From the sequence record SRR2962707_3849: 40,656 nucleotides of DNA; one strand, 5' to 3'. Position numbers and translations under genes: made by a program. Of the stretch, positions 26,982 to 35,320 are shown piece after piece (within the stretch, counting starts at the first letter, position 1; every line of letters begins with the position of its first letter). The notes below the pieces were generated by a model that worked only from the letters and a program-made list of their open reading frames with translations, did no database searches and was not told where the DNA came from.

Positions 26982-28139
26982 TCAGATCAGCTTGCGCTCC
27001 GTGGTGCTGAGCAGCTCAAGCCCATCCTCCTTGATGAGAATGTTGTCCTCGAACCGGATGGAATAGGTTTCAGTGCGAACCGACGGCTGGAACGAGATCA
27101 CCATTCCGGGTTCGAAAATGGTTTCGCGGTGCGTGGGATGCGGGAAATCGTGGAACGGACCAAGCCCGACTCCATGGATGGCAAATTGCTGGCAGGGCAT
27201 GACGGCCTTGTTGGCCGGATACCCCCGGTCGATCATTGCCTGGCGAATATGGTCGAAGACAGTTCCGAACTCCATGCCTGGCTTGAGATAGTCCATGAAG
27301 GTGTCGTGTATGTCGTAGAGATCGTTGGCGATCTTGCGATACTCTTCCTTGGGCTCGCCAATGCACCACGTGCGGGCGATGTCGAAGCCGTAACCATGAT
27401 AGAGCGCGCCCAGATCGATGGTGACAAGTTCGCCTTCCTCGATCTTTTTCCACTCGGATGCGAAGGCCCGGTAGTTGGCGGTGCGGATGCCGGCCTGGCA
27501 CATGGTCTCGACCTCGCGCATGGCGCCGAGACGCTTCATCTCGATTTCCATGGCGAACTGGACTTCCATCTCGGTCACGCCCGGCTGGGCCGTCTTGATG
27601 GCGACGTCGATTGCCGAATGGCCGATCTCGACAGCCTTGCGGATCAAGGCTATCTCGGCCGGCTCCTTGACCGAGCGCGCGATGAACAGAAGGTCACCCG
27701 CCGGTTTGAGCTTGGCATCGGGCAGAGCGGCGACAAGGCTGTGATAGGTCTTGGCGGTACAGGTGGTTTCCTCGAACCCGATATTTCCCTTCGAGAGACC
27801 CTTTTCGGCCAGAACCTTGGCGACACCGTCGGCGGGGCTCGTGGCAAAACCGGTGTCGTTGACGCGCACGTCCTTGATCCAGGTGCCCTCGCGAATGGCA
27901 TTCATGGTGATGAAGGCGCTGAGGAACACCGGGTCATGATCCTTGAACAGGATCAGGGGCGCTTCTGTGATGTGGGTATGGGAAAGCGGATACCAGGGCA
28001 TATGCTGATAGTGGCCGCCATAGTAATACTGATTGGTCCAGTTGTGGACGATGAACGCGTCGAGTTCGTTCTCCTCCATCACCTTGCGGAGCCGATTGAG
28101 GCGCCCCTCGTAGTCGAACGTGGTTCCGAATATGTTCAT
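26982..28139 (-). CDS. M24 (Xaa-Pro peptidase/creatinase) fold enzyme
   Basis: Creatinase_N-like N-terminus, RSVKEPAEI, IDLG...GYGFDIART, HGVGL and RFEDNIL. Confidence 0.85.
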   Translation of the reverse strand: MNIFGTTFDYEGRLNRLRKVMEENELDAFIVHNWTNQYYYGGHYQHMPWYPLSHTHITEAPLILFKDHDPVFLSAFITMNAIREGTWIKDVRVNDTGFATSPADGVAKVLAEKGLSKGNIGFEETTCTAKTYHSLVAALPDAKLKPAGDLLFIARSVKEPAEIALIRKAVEIGHSAIDVAIKTAQPGVTEMEVQFAMEIEMKRLGAMREVETMCQAGIRTANYRAFASEWKKIEEGELVTIDLGALYHGYGFDIARTWCIGEPKEEYRKIANDLYDIHDTFMDYLKPGMEFGTVFDHIRQAMIDRGYPANKAVMPCQQFAIHGVGLGPFHDFPHPTHRETIFEPGMVISFQPSVRTETYSIRFEDNILIKEDGLELLSTTERKLI

Positions 28140-28328
28140 TGCGCTATACCTTTCTCGCCGTGGCGATCCTCACGTGCGATCGTGGGCCGGTGCGAACCGC
28201 CAACGATGGCCTTCCTGCAAGGGCGCAGGACCGGATCTGGGTCAGGTTGGGGTTGAGAGGCATCTGGGGGCCAACATGCTTCGTTGGCCCGGCCCCTGGT
28301 TCCTCCCCCCTGCTTCCGTGCGATCCGG

Positions 28329-28397
28329 AACCTATCGAAGGGACCTGCTGTCATTAAGCAGGAAAAAGGTCACTTGATCTGTGAAGAAACTTCCGAA
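28329..28397 (-). promoter_or_regulatory. Candidate LysR-activated promoter of the M24 gene
   Basis: Box TTCGGAAGTTTCTTCACAG (28379-28397, minus strand) and candidate -10 TAGGTT (28329-28334). Confidence 0.55.
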
Positions 28398-28534
28398 GAA
28401 AAACTTCCAGCTCGTCGTATTCTCCAATGAACCCACGATTGTCCGGCCGGCAGTGTAGCCAACAGGATCGGCCCCCGGACCTAAGTTTGGTACCACGTCT
28501 GATAAGATTTCCCGCGGACGGCCCCAGAGGCGGC

Positions 28535-29413
28535 CTATTGCGCTGTGATTTCGACGAGGTAGTCGACAACGGCTCGCACCCGCGCAGGGAGATGGCGACC
28601 AGCCGGAAAGATCACCGAAACCGGCGGGCCTTCGGTCTTGTACTCCTCGAGCACCGGGATGAGCCGGCCCGACTGCAGATCGTCCTTGAGGGCCCACCAG
28701 CTTGAATGGACTATGCCTAGGCCCTTCACCGCAGCCTCCCGCAGAGCGTCGCCGTTATAGACGGCCAGATTGCCGGCAATGCGCACGCGCTGGCGTCCCT
28801 CCTGCTCGCTCTTGAACGTCCACTCGAACCCGAAGCGTCCATGGATGCAATTGTGGCGCAGCAGATCCTCGGGCTTTTTGGGCGTCCCGTGCCGCTCTAG
28901 ATAGCTCGGCGCGGCAGCGGTGATCACCGGGCCCTGGGTCAAAAGCCGCCGAATGGTGCTCGAATCCTCGAGTTGACCGGTGTGCACGCCAAGGTCGAAG
29001 CCGGATTCGATGAGGTCTGTCGGACGATCGCTGAAATGCACCTGAAGGTTCACATCGGGATAGCGCTCGAAAAACTCTCCCAGCGCCGGCACCAGGGACA
29101 GGCGCCCGAACAAATTTGGCACCACGATGCGCACGGTGCCCTGCACTGTCTTGTTGGCCGCATGGATGCGCAGTTCGGCGTCGGCAAGATCCTGGAGGAT
29201 GCTCTGGGCACGTTCGAACAGTTCCTGCCCCTGTTCGGTCAGCACCAGTTGCCGGGTCGTCCGGTTGAACAGCCTGACACGCAGTTCGTCTTCAAGCCGG
29301 CTGATTGTCTTTGTGACCGTGGAGGCTGATGTCCCGAGCTTTTTGGCCGCGGCGGTAAAACTGCCCTGCTCACAGGCCGCAACGAAGCTCTGAAATGCGG
29401 CAAATTTGTTCAT
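28535..29413 (-). CDS. LysR family regulator, CrgA/DmlR type
   Basis: GSFTAAA..LG.S.S.V...I.RLE..L.VRLFNRTTR, DLIESGFD, AAPSYL..HGTP..PEDL..HNC and PARVRA. Confidence 0.93.
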   Translation of the reverse strand: MNKFAAFQSFVAACEQGSFTAAAKKLGTSASTVTKTISRLEDELRVRLFNRTTRQLVLTEQGQELFERAQSILQDLADAELRIHAANKTVQGTVRIVVPNLFGRLSLVPALGEFFERYPDVNLQVHFSDRPTDLIESGFDLGVHTGQLEDSSTIRRLLTQGPVITAAAPSYLERHGTPKKPEDLLRHNCIHGRFGFEWTFKSEQEGRQRVRIAGNLAVYNGDALREAAVKGLGIVHSSWWALKDDLQSGRLIPVLEEYKTEGPPVSVIFPAGRHLPARVRAVVDYLVEITAQ

Positions 29414-29425
29414 TACGGACGCCTC

Positions 29426-29494
29426 TTCGGAAAAAAATGCACAAGTAATGTTCTAATCAATGCATTTTCTGATTGCAACGGCCTTGGCTATACC
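29426..29494 (+). promoter_or_regulatory. Divergent LysR promoter of the hydrolase-monooxygenase-ThDP operon
   Basis: Box TTCGGAAAAAAATGCACAA (29426-29444), 12 nt from the lysR start codon; candidate -10 TATACC (29489-29494). Confidence 0.62.
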
Positions 29495-29523
29495 GGGGGC
29501 AAGGACAAAGAAGAGGGATCGTC

Positions 29524-30297
29524 ATGGAAGACATTTTCGTCAACACTTCCCAGGGCCGAATTCACCTGCTGACCGCGGGACAGGGCCGTCCGCTCCTGCT
29601 GCTCCACAGCAATGGCGGTTCGGCCTTTGAATTCGAGCACGTCATCGACCCTCTTGCCGAACATTTTCAGGTCTTTGCCTGGGACATGCCGGGACAGGGC
29701 GATTCTGATCCCCTGCTCCGACATCTCAGCGTGCAGCAATATGCCGATGTCGCCGTCGAGGTGATGGATGCGCTGGGCCTGCAAACAGGCATCGTTGGTG
29801 GCGCGTCGATCGGCGGCGCTGTGTGCGTGGCGCTTGGCGCCCATCACGCCGCTCGCTTTGAAAAGATATTCGTCGTCGAGTGCCCCTTTCGCACGCCACA
29901 GGAGTGGAAGGGGAACTGGGCCAACACTGAGGCCAACTATGCTCCGGTCACCCAAACCCGGGAGCGGGTGGCGCCAAGGCTTCGCAATGTGACCGACGAG
30001 TTGATGGTCCGCTGGAACATCGACAGGGCGAAGGCCGGATCCAAGACCTGCCTGAGCGTCATGTGGGCGCTGCGCGAATACGATATCGCGGCCGACCTCG
30101 CGAAATTTCCCGCCGGCCAGGTCCTGGTGTTCGGCGACAAGAGTCCCACGGTTGCAAAAGCGGGCCAGTTCGAAGCCGCACTGACCGATGCGACAACGCA
30201 CATCATTTCCGATTGCGGCCACTTCCCGATGATCGACGACCCCGGGCGGTTCGTCGACATCTTCATCACCGAATCTCAAGCACCCCACGCCAGTTGA
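29524..30297 (+). CDS. Alpha/beta fold hydrolase
   Basis: GQGRPLLLLHS, WDMPGQGDS, GASIGG nucleophile, GDKS and CGHFPM. Confidence 0.88.
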   Translation: MEDIFVNTSQGRIHLLTAGQGRPLLLLHSNGGSAFEFEHVIDPLAEHFQVFAWDMPGQGDSDPLLRHLSVQQYADVAVEVMDALGLQTGIVGGASIGGAVCVALGAHHAARFEKIFVVECPFRTPQEWKGNWANTEANYAPVTQTRERVAPRLRNVTDELMVRWNIDRAKAGSKTCLSVMWALREYDIAADLAKFPAGQVLVFGDKSPTVAKAGQFEAALTDATTHIISDCGHFPMIDDPGRFVDIFITESQAPHAS

Positions 30298-30308
30298 GGA
30301 GAAGCCAA

Positions 30309-31409
30309 ATGAGACTGGGCTATTTTGCCATGCCGATGCACCCGCTTCACCGGGCGTGGGCGGATACTCTCGAGGAAGACCGTCAGGCGGTCATTCTCGC
30401 CGACAAACTCGGGTTCTACGACGCCTTCATCGGCGAGCACCTGACTGACCGGGTCGAAAACATCACCAATTCGATGCTGTTTCTCGCCTCGCTGATCCAT
30501 TCGACGAGCAACATCAAGCTGGCGACCGGGACCACCAATCTGTCCTACATGCATCCGACCCTGATCGCATCGAACGCCGCCATGTTCGATCACATGGCCC
30601 AGGGCCGGTTCATTCTGGGGATCAGTCCCGGCAATCTGCGTTCGGACGCCGAGGCGCTTGGGCAGCTCGAAGAGGATCGCGGCCAGATCTTTGCCGAAGC
30701 CATTGATGTCATCCTGCAGATCTGGGAACGGGAGGCGCCCTATTGCATCGACCTCCCCAACAACCGGTTCAAGGTTTCAACCCAGCAGACCCAGTGGCTC
30801 GATCTGGGCATCGGTTATCTCGGCAAGCCCTATCAGGCGCCGCGTCCCGAGATCGTGGGAACCGTGGTCGCGCCGTTTTCCAAGGGGGTTATTCTCATGG
30901 GACAGCGCGACTTCCATCCCCTCTCGGCCAATTTCCTGCAGTCGAAATGGGTCGGGTCTCACTGGGCCAATTACAGCGAGGGAAAGAAGGCCGTCGGCCA
31001 GGAGGCCAAAGTGTCCGATTGGCGCGTGGCGCGGACCATCTTCGTCGCCGATGACGAGGCGACCGCCCGTTCCTATGGCGGCGAAGATGCCAGTAGCCCC
31101 TATCGCTTCTACTACAATCAGATGGTGACCAAGTTCAACAAGATCGGGCGCCTGCCGCTGTTCAAGACCAGCCGGGACCAACCCGACGAGGAGGTCACCC
31201 TCGATTTCGTCCTCGATACCCTGGTCATCAAGGGCACCGTTGACAGCGTTGTCGACCAGATCCTTGCGATGCGCGAAGAGACCGGGGATTTCGGCGAAAT
31301 CGTCTATGCGGGCATGGACTGGGTCGATCCGGTCCTTGCCAAGCGCTCGATGGAGTTGATGGCAACCGAAGTCATGCCGCGCGTCAACGCGGCCATCGGC
31401 GCGAAATAA
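30309..31409 (+). CDS. Luciferase-like (LLM) FMN-dependent monooxygenase
   Basis: MRLGYF.MP, ADKLGF..AFIGEH, IKLATG, FDHMAQGRFILG and MATEVMPRV; GAGGAG RBS. Confidence 0.88.
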   Translation: MRLGYFAMPMHPLHRAWADTLEEDRQAVILADKLGFYDAFIGEHLTDRVENITNSMLFLASLIHSTSNIKLATGTTNLSYMHPTLIASNAAMFDHMAQGRFILGISPGNLRSDAEALGQLEEDRGQIFAEAIDVILQIWEREAPYCIDLPNNRFKVSTQQTQWLDLGIGYLGKPYQAPRPEIVGTVVAPFSKGVILMGQRDFHPLSANFLQSKWVGSHWANYSEGKKAVGQEAKVSDWRVARTIFVADDEATARSYGGEDASSPYRFYYNQMVTKFNKIGRLPLFKTSRDQPDEEVTLDFVLDTLVIKGTVDSVVDQILAMREETGDFGEIVYAGMDWVDPVLAKRSMELMATEVMPRVNAAIGAK

Positions 31410-31444
31410 ATCCTCATCCCTGCCCTCTGATTGGCGCGGGATCG

Positions 31445-31470
31445 CCTTCCCCGCCCTTTGGCGGGGGAGG
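31445..31470 (+). other. Intercistronic GC-rich hairpin
   Basis: CCTTCCCCGCC-CTTT-GGCGGGGGAGG: 11-bp stem with one G-U pair; no clean U tract immediately after. Confidence 0.5.
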
Positions 31471-31494
31471 TCAATCTTCTTTGGGAGAACTGGC

Positions 31495-33033
31495 ATGAAC
31501 GGCGCTGAAAGCCTTGTCCGAACCCTTGTCGCATCCAATGTCGACACCTGCTTTGCCAATCCGGGCACTTCGGAGATGCATTTCGTTGCGGCCCTGGACC
31601 GGACCGAGGGCATGCGCTCGATCCTTGTGCTGTTCGAAGGCGTGGCCACCGGCGCAGCCGACGGATATTGGCGCATGGCCGAACGGCCGGCCTCCACGCT
31701 GCTCCATCTCGGCCCGGGCCTTGCCAACGGGCTGTCCAATATCCACAACGCCCGCAAGGCCTCTTCGGGCATGGTCAACATCGTAGGCGAGCACGCCACC
31801 TGGCACCTCGAATTTGACGCGCCGCTCACCTCCGATATCGAGGGACTGGCCCGGCCCCTTTCCGATTGGGTGCGCACCTCGCGTGGCGCCCAGGCGATCG
31901 GACAGGATGCCGTCGATGCGGTCGCTGCCGCGCGCGGGGCTCAGATCGCGACACTGATATTGCCCGGTGACACGGCCTGGAACGATGGCGGGATCATCGG
32001 TCATGGCTGCGAAACGGATACCGATGCCGCCGTGGACCCCGACGCCGTGGAGGCCGCCACGCGGGCCCTGGCTTCGGGCGAACAGGCCATGATCATTCTC
32101 GGTGGCCGTTCCATCAGCGGCGAAGCGCTGGACCTTGCCGGCCAGATCGCGGGCAAGACCGGAGCCCGGGTCGCCACGCAATTTTTCAGCGCGCGGACGC
32201 AACGCGGCGCCGGTCGGGTTCCAGCGTTGCGCATTCCGTATAACGTCGACGCGGCACTGACCGCGCTCAAGGACTACCGAGAGATCATCACCGTCGAAAC
32301 AGGCGAACCGATCTCGTTCTTTGCCTATCCCGACAAGCCCAGCCAGATGAAGCACCCCGAGGCCCAGGTGACCCAGTTGTGCCCGCGCGGCGTCCATGGG
32401 CTCGGGGCGTTGCGGGCGCTGGCCAGTGCCGTCGGCGCAAAGCCGGACGATGCCGTTCGCCAGGAGCGTTCAGAAAGCCTGCTGCCGACCGGCGCCCTCA
32501 ATCCGACGACCATTGCTCAGATTCTGGCCGTACTCATCCCGGAAAACGGCATCGTGGTGGATGAGTCGGTGACCACCGGCCGCGAAAGCTTTCCGGTGAC
32601 CGCAGGCGCCCTGCCCCATGACTGGCTGCAGAACATGGGAGGCTCGATCGGGTACGGCATGCCGGTTGCGACCGGCGCAGCGATTGCCTGTCCGGACCGC
32701 AAGGTCATCAGCCTGTCGGGCGACGGCAGCGCGATGTACATGATCCAGACGCTGTGGACCCAGGCGCGTGAAAGCCTTGACGTCACCAGCATCATCTTTG
32801 CCAACCGCAGCTACAAGATCCTGCAGCAGGAGTTTGCCGGCGTTGGCGCCGGCGAACCCGGTGCCAAGGCGAACGCTATGCTCAGCATCGACAATCCGGC
32901 GCTCGATTTCGTTGCCATGTCGCGCGGCATGGGCGTGCCAGCTGTGCGGGTTACTAACTGCGAGGAGTTGATCGAAGCCCTGTCCCGGCGCCTTGAGGAA
33001 TCCGGCCCCGGCCTCATTGAGGTCATGCTGTGA
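31495..33033 (+). CDS. ThDP-dependent enzyme (acetolactate-synthase-large-subunit-like, standalone)
   Basis: CFANPGTSEMH, LFEGVATGAADGY and the ThDP motif GDGSAMY...IIFAN; no small regulatory subunit nearby. Confidence 0.88.
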   Translation: MNGAESLVRTLVASNVDTCFANPGTSEMHFVAALDRTEGMRSILVLFEGVATGAADGYWRMAERPASTLLHLGPGLANGLSNIHNARKASSGMVNIVGEHATWHLEFDAPLTSDIEGLARPLSDWVRTSRGAQAIGQDAVDAVAAARGAQIATLILPGDTAWNDGGIIGHGCETDTDAAVDPDAVEAATRALASGEQAMIILGGRSISGEALDLAGQIAGKTGARVATQFFSARTQRGAGRVPALRIPYNVDAALTALKDYREIITVETGEPISFFAYPDKPSQMKHPEAQVTQLCPRGVHGLGALRALASAVGAKPDDAVRQERSESLLPTGALNPTTIAQILAVLIPENGIVVDESVTTGRESFPVTAGALPHDWLQNMGGSIGYGMPVATGAAIACPDRKVISLSGDGSAMYMIQTLWTQARESLDVTSIIFANRSYKILQQEFAGVGAGEPGAKANAMLSIDNPALDFVAMSRGMGVPAVRVTNCEELIEALSRRLEESGPGLIEVML

Positions 33034-33034
33034 T

Positions 33035-33103
33035 TAATGCATTTTTGGCACAGATGTTTTGAAAACTGTTGCAGTTTTATCTTCCACCAATCCCTGACAC
33101 ACT
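33035..33103 (+). promoter_or_regulatory. Candidate internal LysR-activated promoter before the flavin reductase
   Basis: Box TAATGCATTTTTGGCACAG (33035-33053) and candidate -10 CACACT (33098-33103) in an AT-rich spacer. Confidence 0.55.
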
Positions 33104-33136
33104 GTTTTCACAGTCGATCTTTCAGCGGAGTTGACC

Positions 33137-33670
33137 ATGCGCTCGACCCTTCAAACCATAGACCAGATGCAGTTTCGGAAAGCCATGTCGCGATTTGCGA
33201 CTGGTGTTGCCATTCTCACCACTGAGTATCAGGGTCAGCGCTATGGCATGACCATCAATTCCCTGACTTCGGTATCGCTGGATCCGGCACAAATCCTTGT
33301 CTGCATCAATGCCGGCAGCCCTACTGGAATAGCGATAAAGAACAGCAAGGTCTTCGGCATCAGCCTGCTCACCGAGGATCAGACCTTTGCTTCTCGCAGC
33401 TTCGTTGGCCCGACGGCCGCCCGGTTCGATGCCGTGGCCAGCACCGATCACGAACTCGGCGTCCCGCTGATCGACGGCGCTCTGGCCAATATGGTGTGCC
33501 GGGTCGAAAACATTTTCATCAGCGGCGACCATGAGATCGCCATCGGCGAAGTCATCGAGTGCACCCATGCACCCGAGGGAGAACCACTGGTGTTCTTCGG
33601 CGGCGAATATGGAAAGTTCGAGGTCGCCCGCCCTTTCGTCGAACAGAATTGCGCGGGGGGCGTGGCATGA
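33137..33670 (+). CDS. Flavin reductase (HpaC/RutF family)
   Basis: FRKAMSRFATGV, GMTINSLTSVSLDP, GDHEI.IGEV and PLVF. Confidence 0.92.
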   Translation: MRSTLQTIDQMQFRKAMSRFATGVAILTTEYQGQRYGMTINSLTSVSLDPAQILVCINAGSPTGIAIKNSKVFGISLLTEDQTFASRSFVGPTAARFDAVASTDHELGVPLIDGALANMVCRVENIFISGDHEIAIGEVIECTHAPEGEPLVFFGGEYGKFEVARPFVEQNCAGGVA

Positions 33671-34422
33671 GCGGAGCCGAACGGCGGCCGGTGGCCCTGG
33701 TCACCGGAGCATCCTATGGCATCGGCGCGGCAACAGCTGCCGCCCTGGCGCGTGACGGCTTCGACCTGGCGCTTTGCGACCTCGATACAGCCATGCTGGA
33801 GGAAACGGCGTCAACGGTGCGCCAGCACGGCGGCCGGGCCGAGACCATTGCGCTCGATCTTCGCGACGATGACAGCATTGCTGCGACTGTCCAGACCGTC
33901 ACTGAGACGCTCAGAACGATCGACGTGCTCGTCAACAATGCCGGCATCGCATTCCGAAAGGAGGCGCTCGAGGTAACGCGAGAGGACTTCCACCGCGTCA
34001 TGGACGTCAATCTGGCGGGCACGTTCATGATGTCCCGCGCCCTAGGCGAGCACTGGATCGCCACCGGCCATCCTGGCGCCATTGTCAGCGTCGCCTCTAC
34101 CCACGGCCTGCACGGCGTTCCGACCAGTTCGACCTATGGCATCGCCAAGGCCGGCATCGCGCATATGACGCGCATGCTGGCCATCGAATGGGCGCCCCAC
34201 CGCATTCGCGTCAACGCGATAGCTCCCGGCTCCACGGTGACTCCCACAAGGACCGGGCTGAGCGATCCGGCCAAGCGCGATGCGCTGATGGCCCGCTTCC
34301 CGCTCGGACGGTTCGGGCAACCCGAGGACATGGCCGACGCCATCGCCTATCTCGCCGGAGCCAAAGCCGGCTTCATCACAGGCCACGTACTGGTGGTGGA
34401 CGGGGGCCTGACAGCCAAATGA
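33667..34422 (+). CDS. Short-chain dehydrogenase/reductase
   Basis: TGASYGIG, NNAG, YGIAK, RVNAIAPG and VDGG; ATGA overlap with the flavin reductase. Confidence 0.92.
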   Translation: MSGAERRPVALVTGASYGIGAATAAALARDGFDLALCDLDTAMLEETASTVRQHGGRAETIALDLRDDDSIAATVQTVTETLRTIDVLVNNAGIAFRKEALEVTREDFHRVMDVNLAGTFMMSRALGEHWIATGHPGAIVSVASTHGLHGVPTSSTYGIAKAGIAHMTRMLAIEWAPHRIRVNAIAPGSTVTPTRTGLSDPAKRDALMARFPLGRFGQPEDMADAIAYLAGAKAGFITGHVLVVDGGLTAK

Positions 34423-34439
34423 CGAGGAGGACAAGCACA

Positions 34440-35318
34440 ATGGATGCAGTGGCCGCAGAGCAGCCGACGAGCAAATATCGTTTCCTGATGATCCAAGGCT
34501 TCCGCCTCCCCGCCAACTCTCCCTTTCTGCATCGCAAGCTGACGGGAACAAAAAAAGAGACGGTCATGGACTATCCGATCCTGGCCCCTCTTTTGGAGGG
34601 CGTGGACTGGGACGTTCATGGCGGGGCCATCACGACCTATGGCGACTGGCCGGTCGAAAACCGTCAGGAGTTCGCCCATTCGGGCGTTGCACGCCTCCCT
34701 ATCGTCAAGGAGGCCTGCGAAAGCGGAAAATACAACGCCATCATCCTGCTCGGCGGCGGTGAACCGGGTTTCCACGAAGCGGTTGAAATTGCACGACCCT
34801 ACGGCGTTGCGGTCACGTCCTGCGCATTCTCGCAGATGCACGTCGCTTCGATGCTCGGCAACAAGTTCAGCATCATCGACGTCGCAGAATCCCACAACAT
34901 GTACTACTACAACCTTGTCGTGCAGCACCGCATGGACCAGCGGTGCGCCTCGATACGGATGATAAATTTCCCGCATGAGCGGCCGGGCATCGGCAGGGAT
35001 CGAACGCTGCATGGCGAAAAGGCCAAGGCGCGCGCCGGTCAGCACTCCGATGCGGTCGAGGAAGCCGTTATCGCCGCAGTCGCCGCCATCGAGGAGGACG
35101 GCGCCGAGGTGATCACCATCGGGTGCTCGGGGGCCTTCTGGCTCCAACCCTTCCTGCAGGAGCGGCTAAACGCGCTTGGCTGGGAAGTGCCGGTTCTCCA
35201 AGGGTACAAGACTGCCATAAGCATGGCCAAGATGATGGTCGATCTCGGCGTAACGGCCAGCGGCCTGAAATATCCCGGCGACAACCCCAAGATGTGGCGC
35301 CGCAAGAAGGTTTTCTGA
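34440..35318 (+). CDS. Asp/Glu/hydantoin racemase-fold protein (single-Cys variant)
   Basis: YNAIILLGGGEPG, ASMLGNKFSII and AIEEDGAEVITIGCSG; GAGGAGG RBS. Confidence 0.78.
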   Translation: MDAVAAEQPTSKYRFLMIQGFRLPANSPFLHRKLTGTKKETVMDYPILAPLLEGVDWDVHGGAITTYGDWPVENRQEFAHSGVARLPIVKEACESGKYNAIILLGGGEPGFHEAVEIARPYGVAVTSCAFSQMHVASMLGNKFSIIDVAESHNMYYYNLVVQHRMDQRCASIRMINFPHERPGIGRDRTLHGEKAKARAGQHSDAVEEAVIAAVAAIEEDGAEVITIGCSGAFWLQPFLQERLNALGWEVPVLQGYKTAISMAKMMVDLGVTASGLKYPGDNPKMWRRKKVF

Positions 35319-35320
35319 CC

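Noticed and set aside
30063-30308. N-terminal extensions in the ORF track (LLM, SDR from 33559, racemase from 34188, aldehyde dehydrogenase from 35123, decarboxylase to 16475)
   Set aside because: They overlap upstream genes or promoters; family motifs, and in most cases an RBS or stop-codon coupling, support the downstream starts used.
31495-33033. Naming the ThDP gene ilvB/ilvI
   Set aside because: No small subunit or ilvC, and the context is catabolic; a biosynthetic acetolactate synthase role is unsupported.
29524-33670. Calling the LLM/hydrolase/reductase set the pyrimidine rut pathway
   Set aside because: No RutB isochorismatase, RutC/RidA or TetR-type RutR, and the LLM does not look RutA-like to me.
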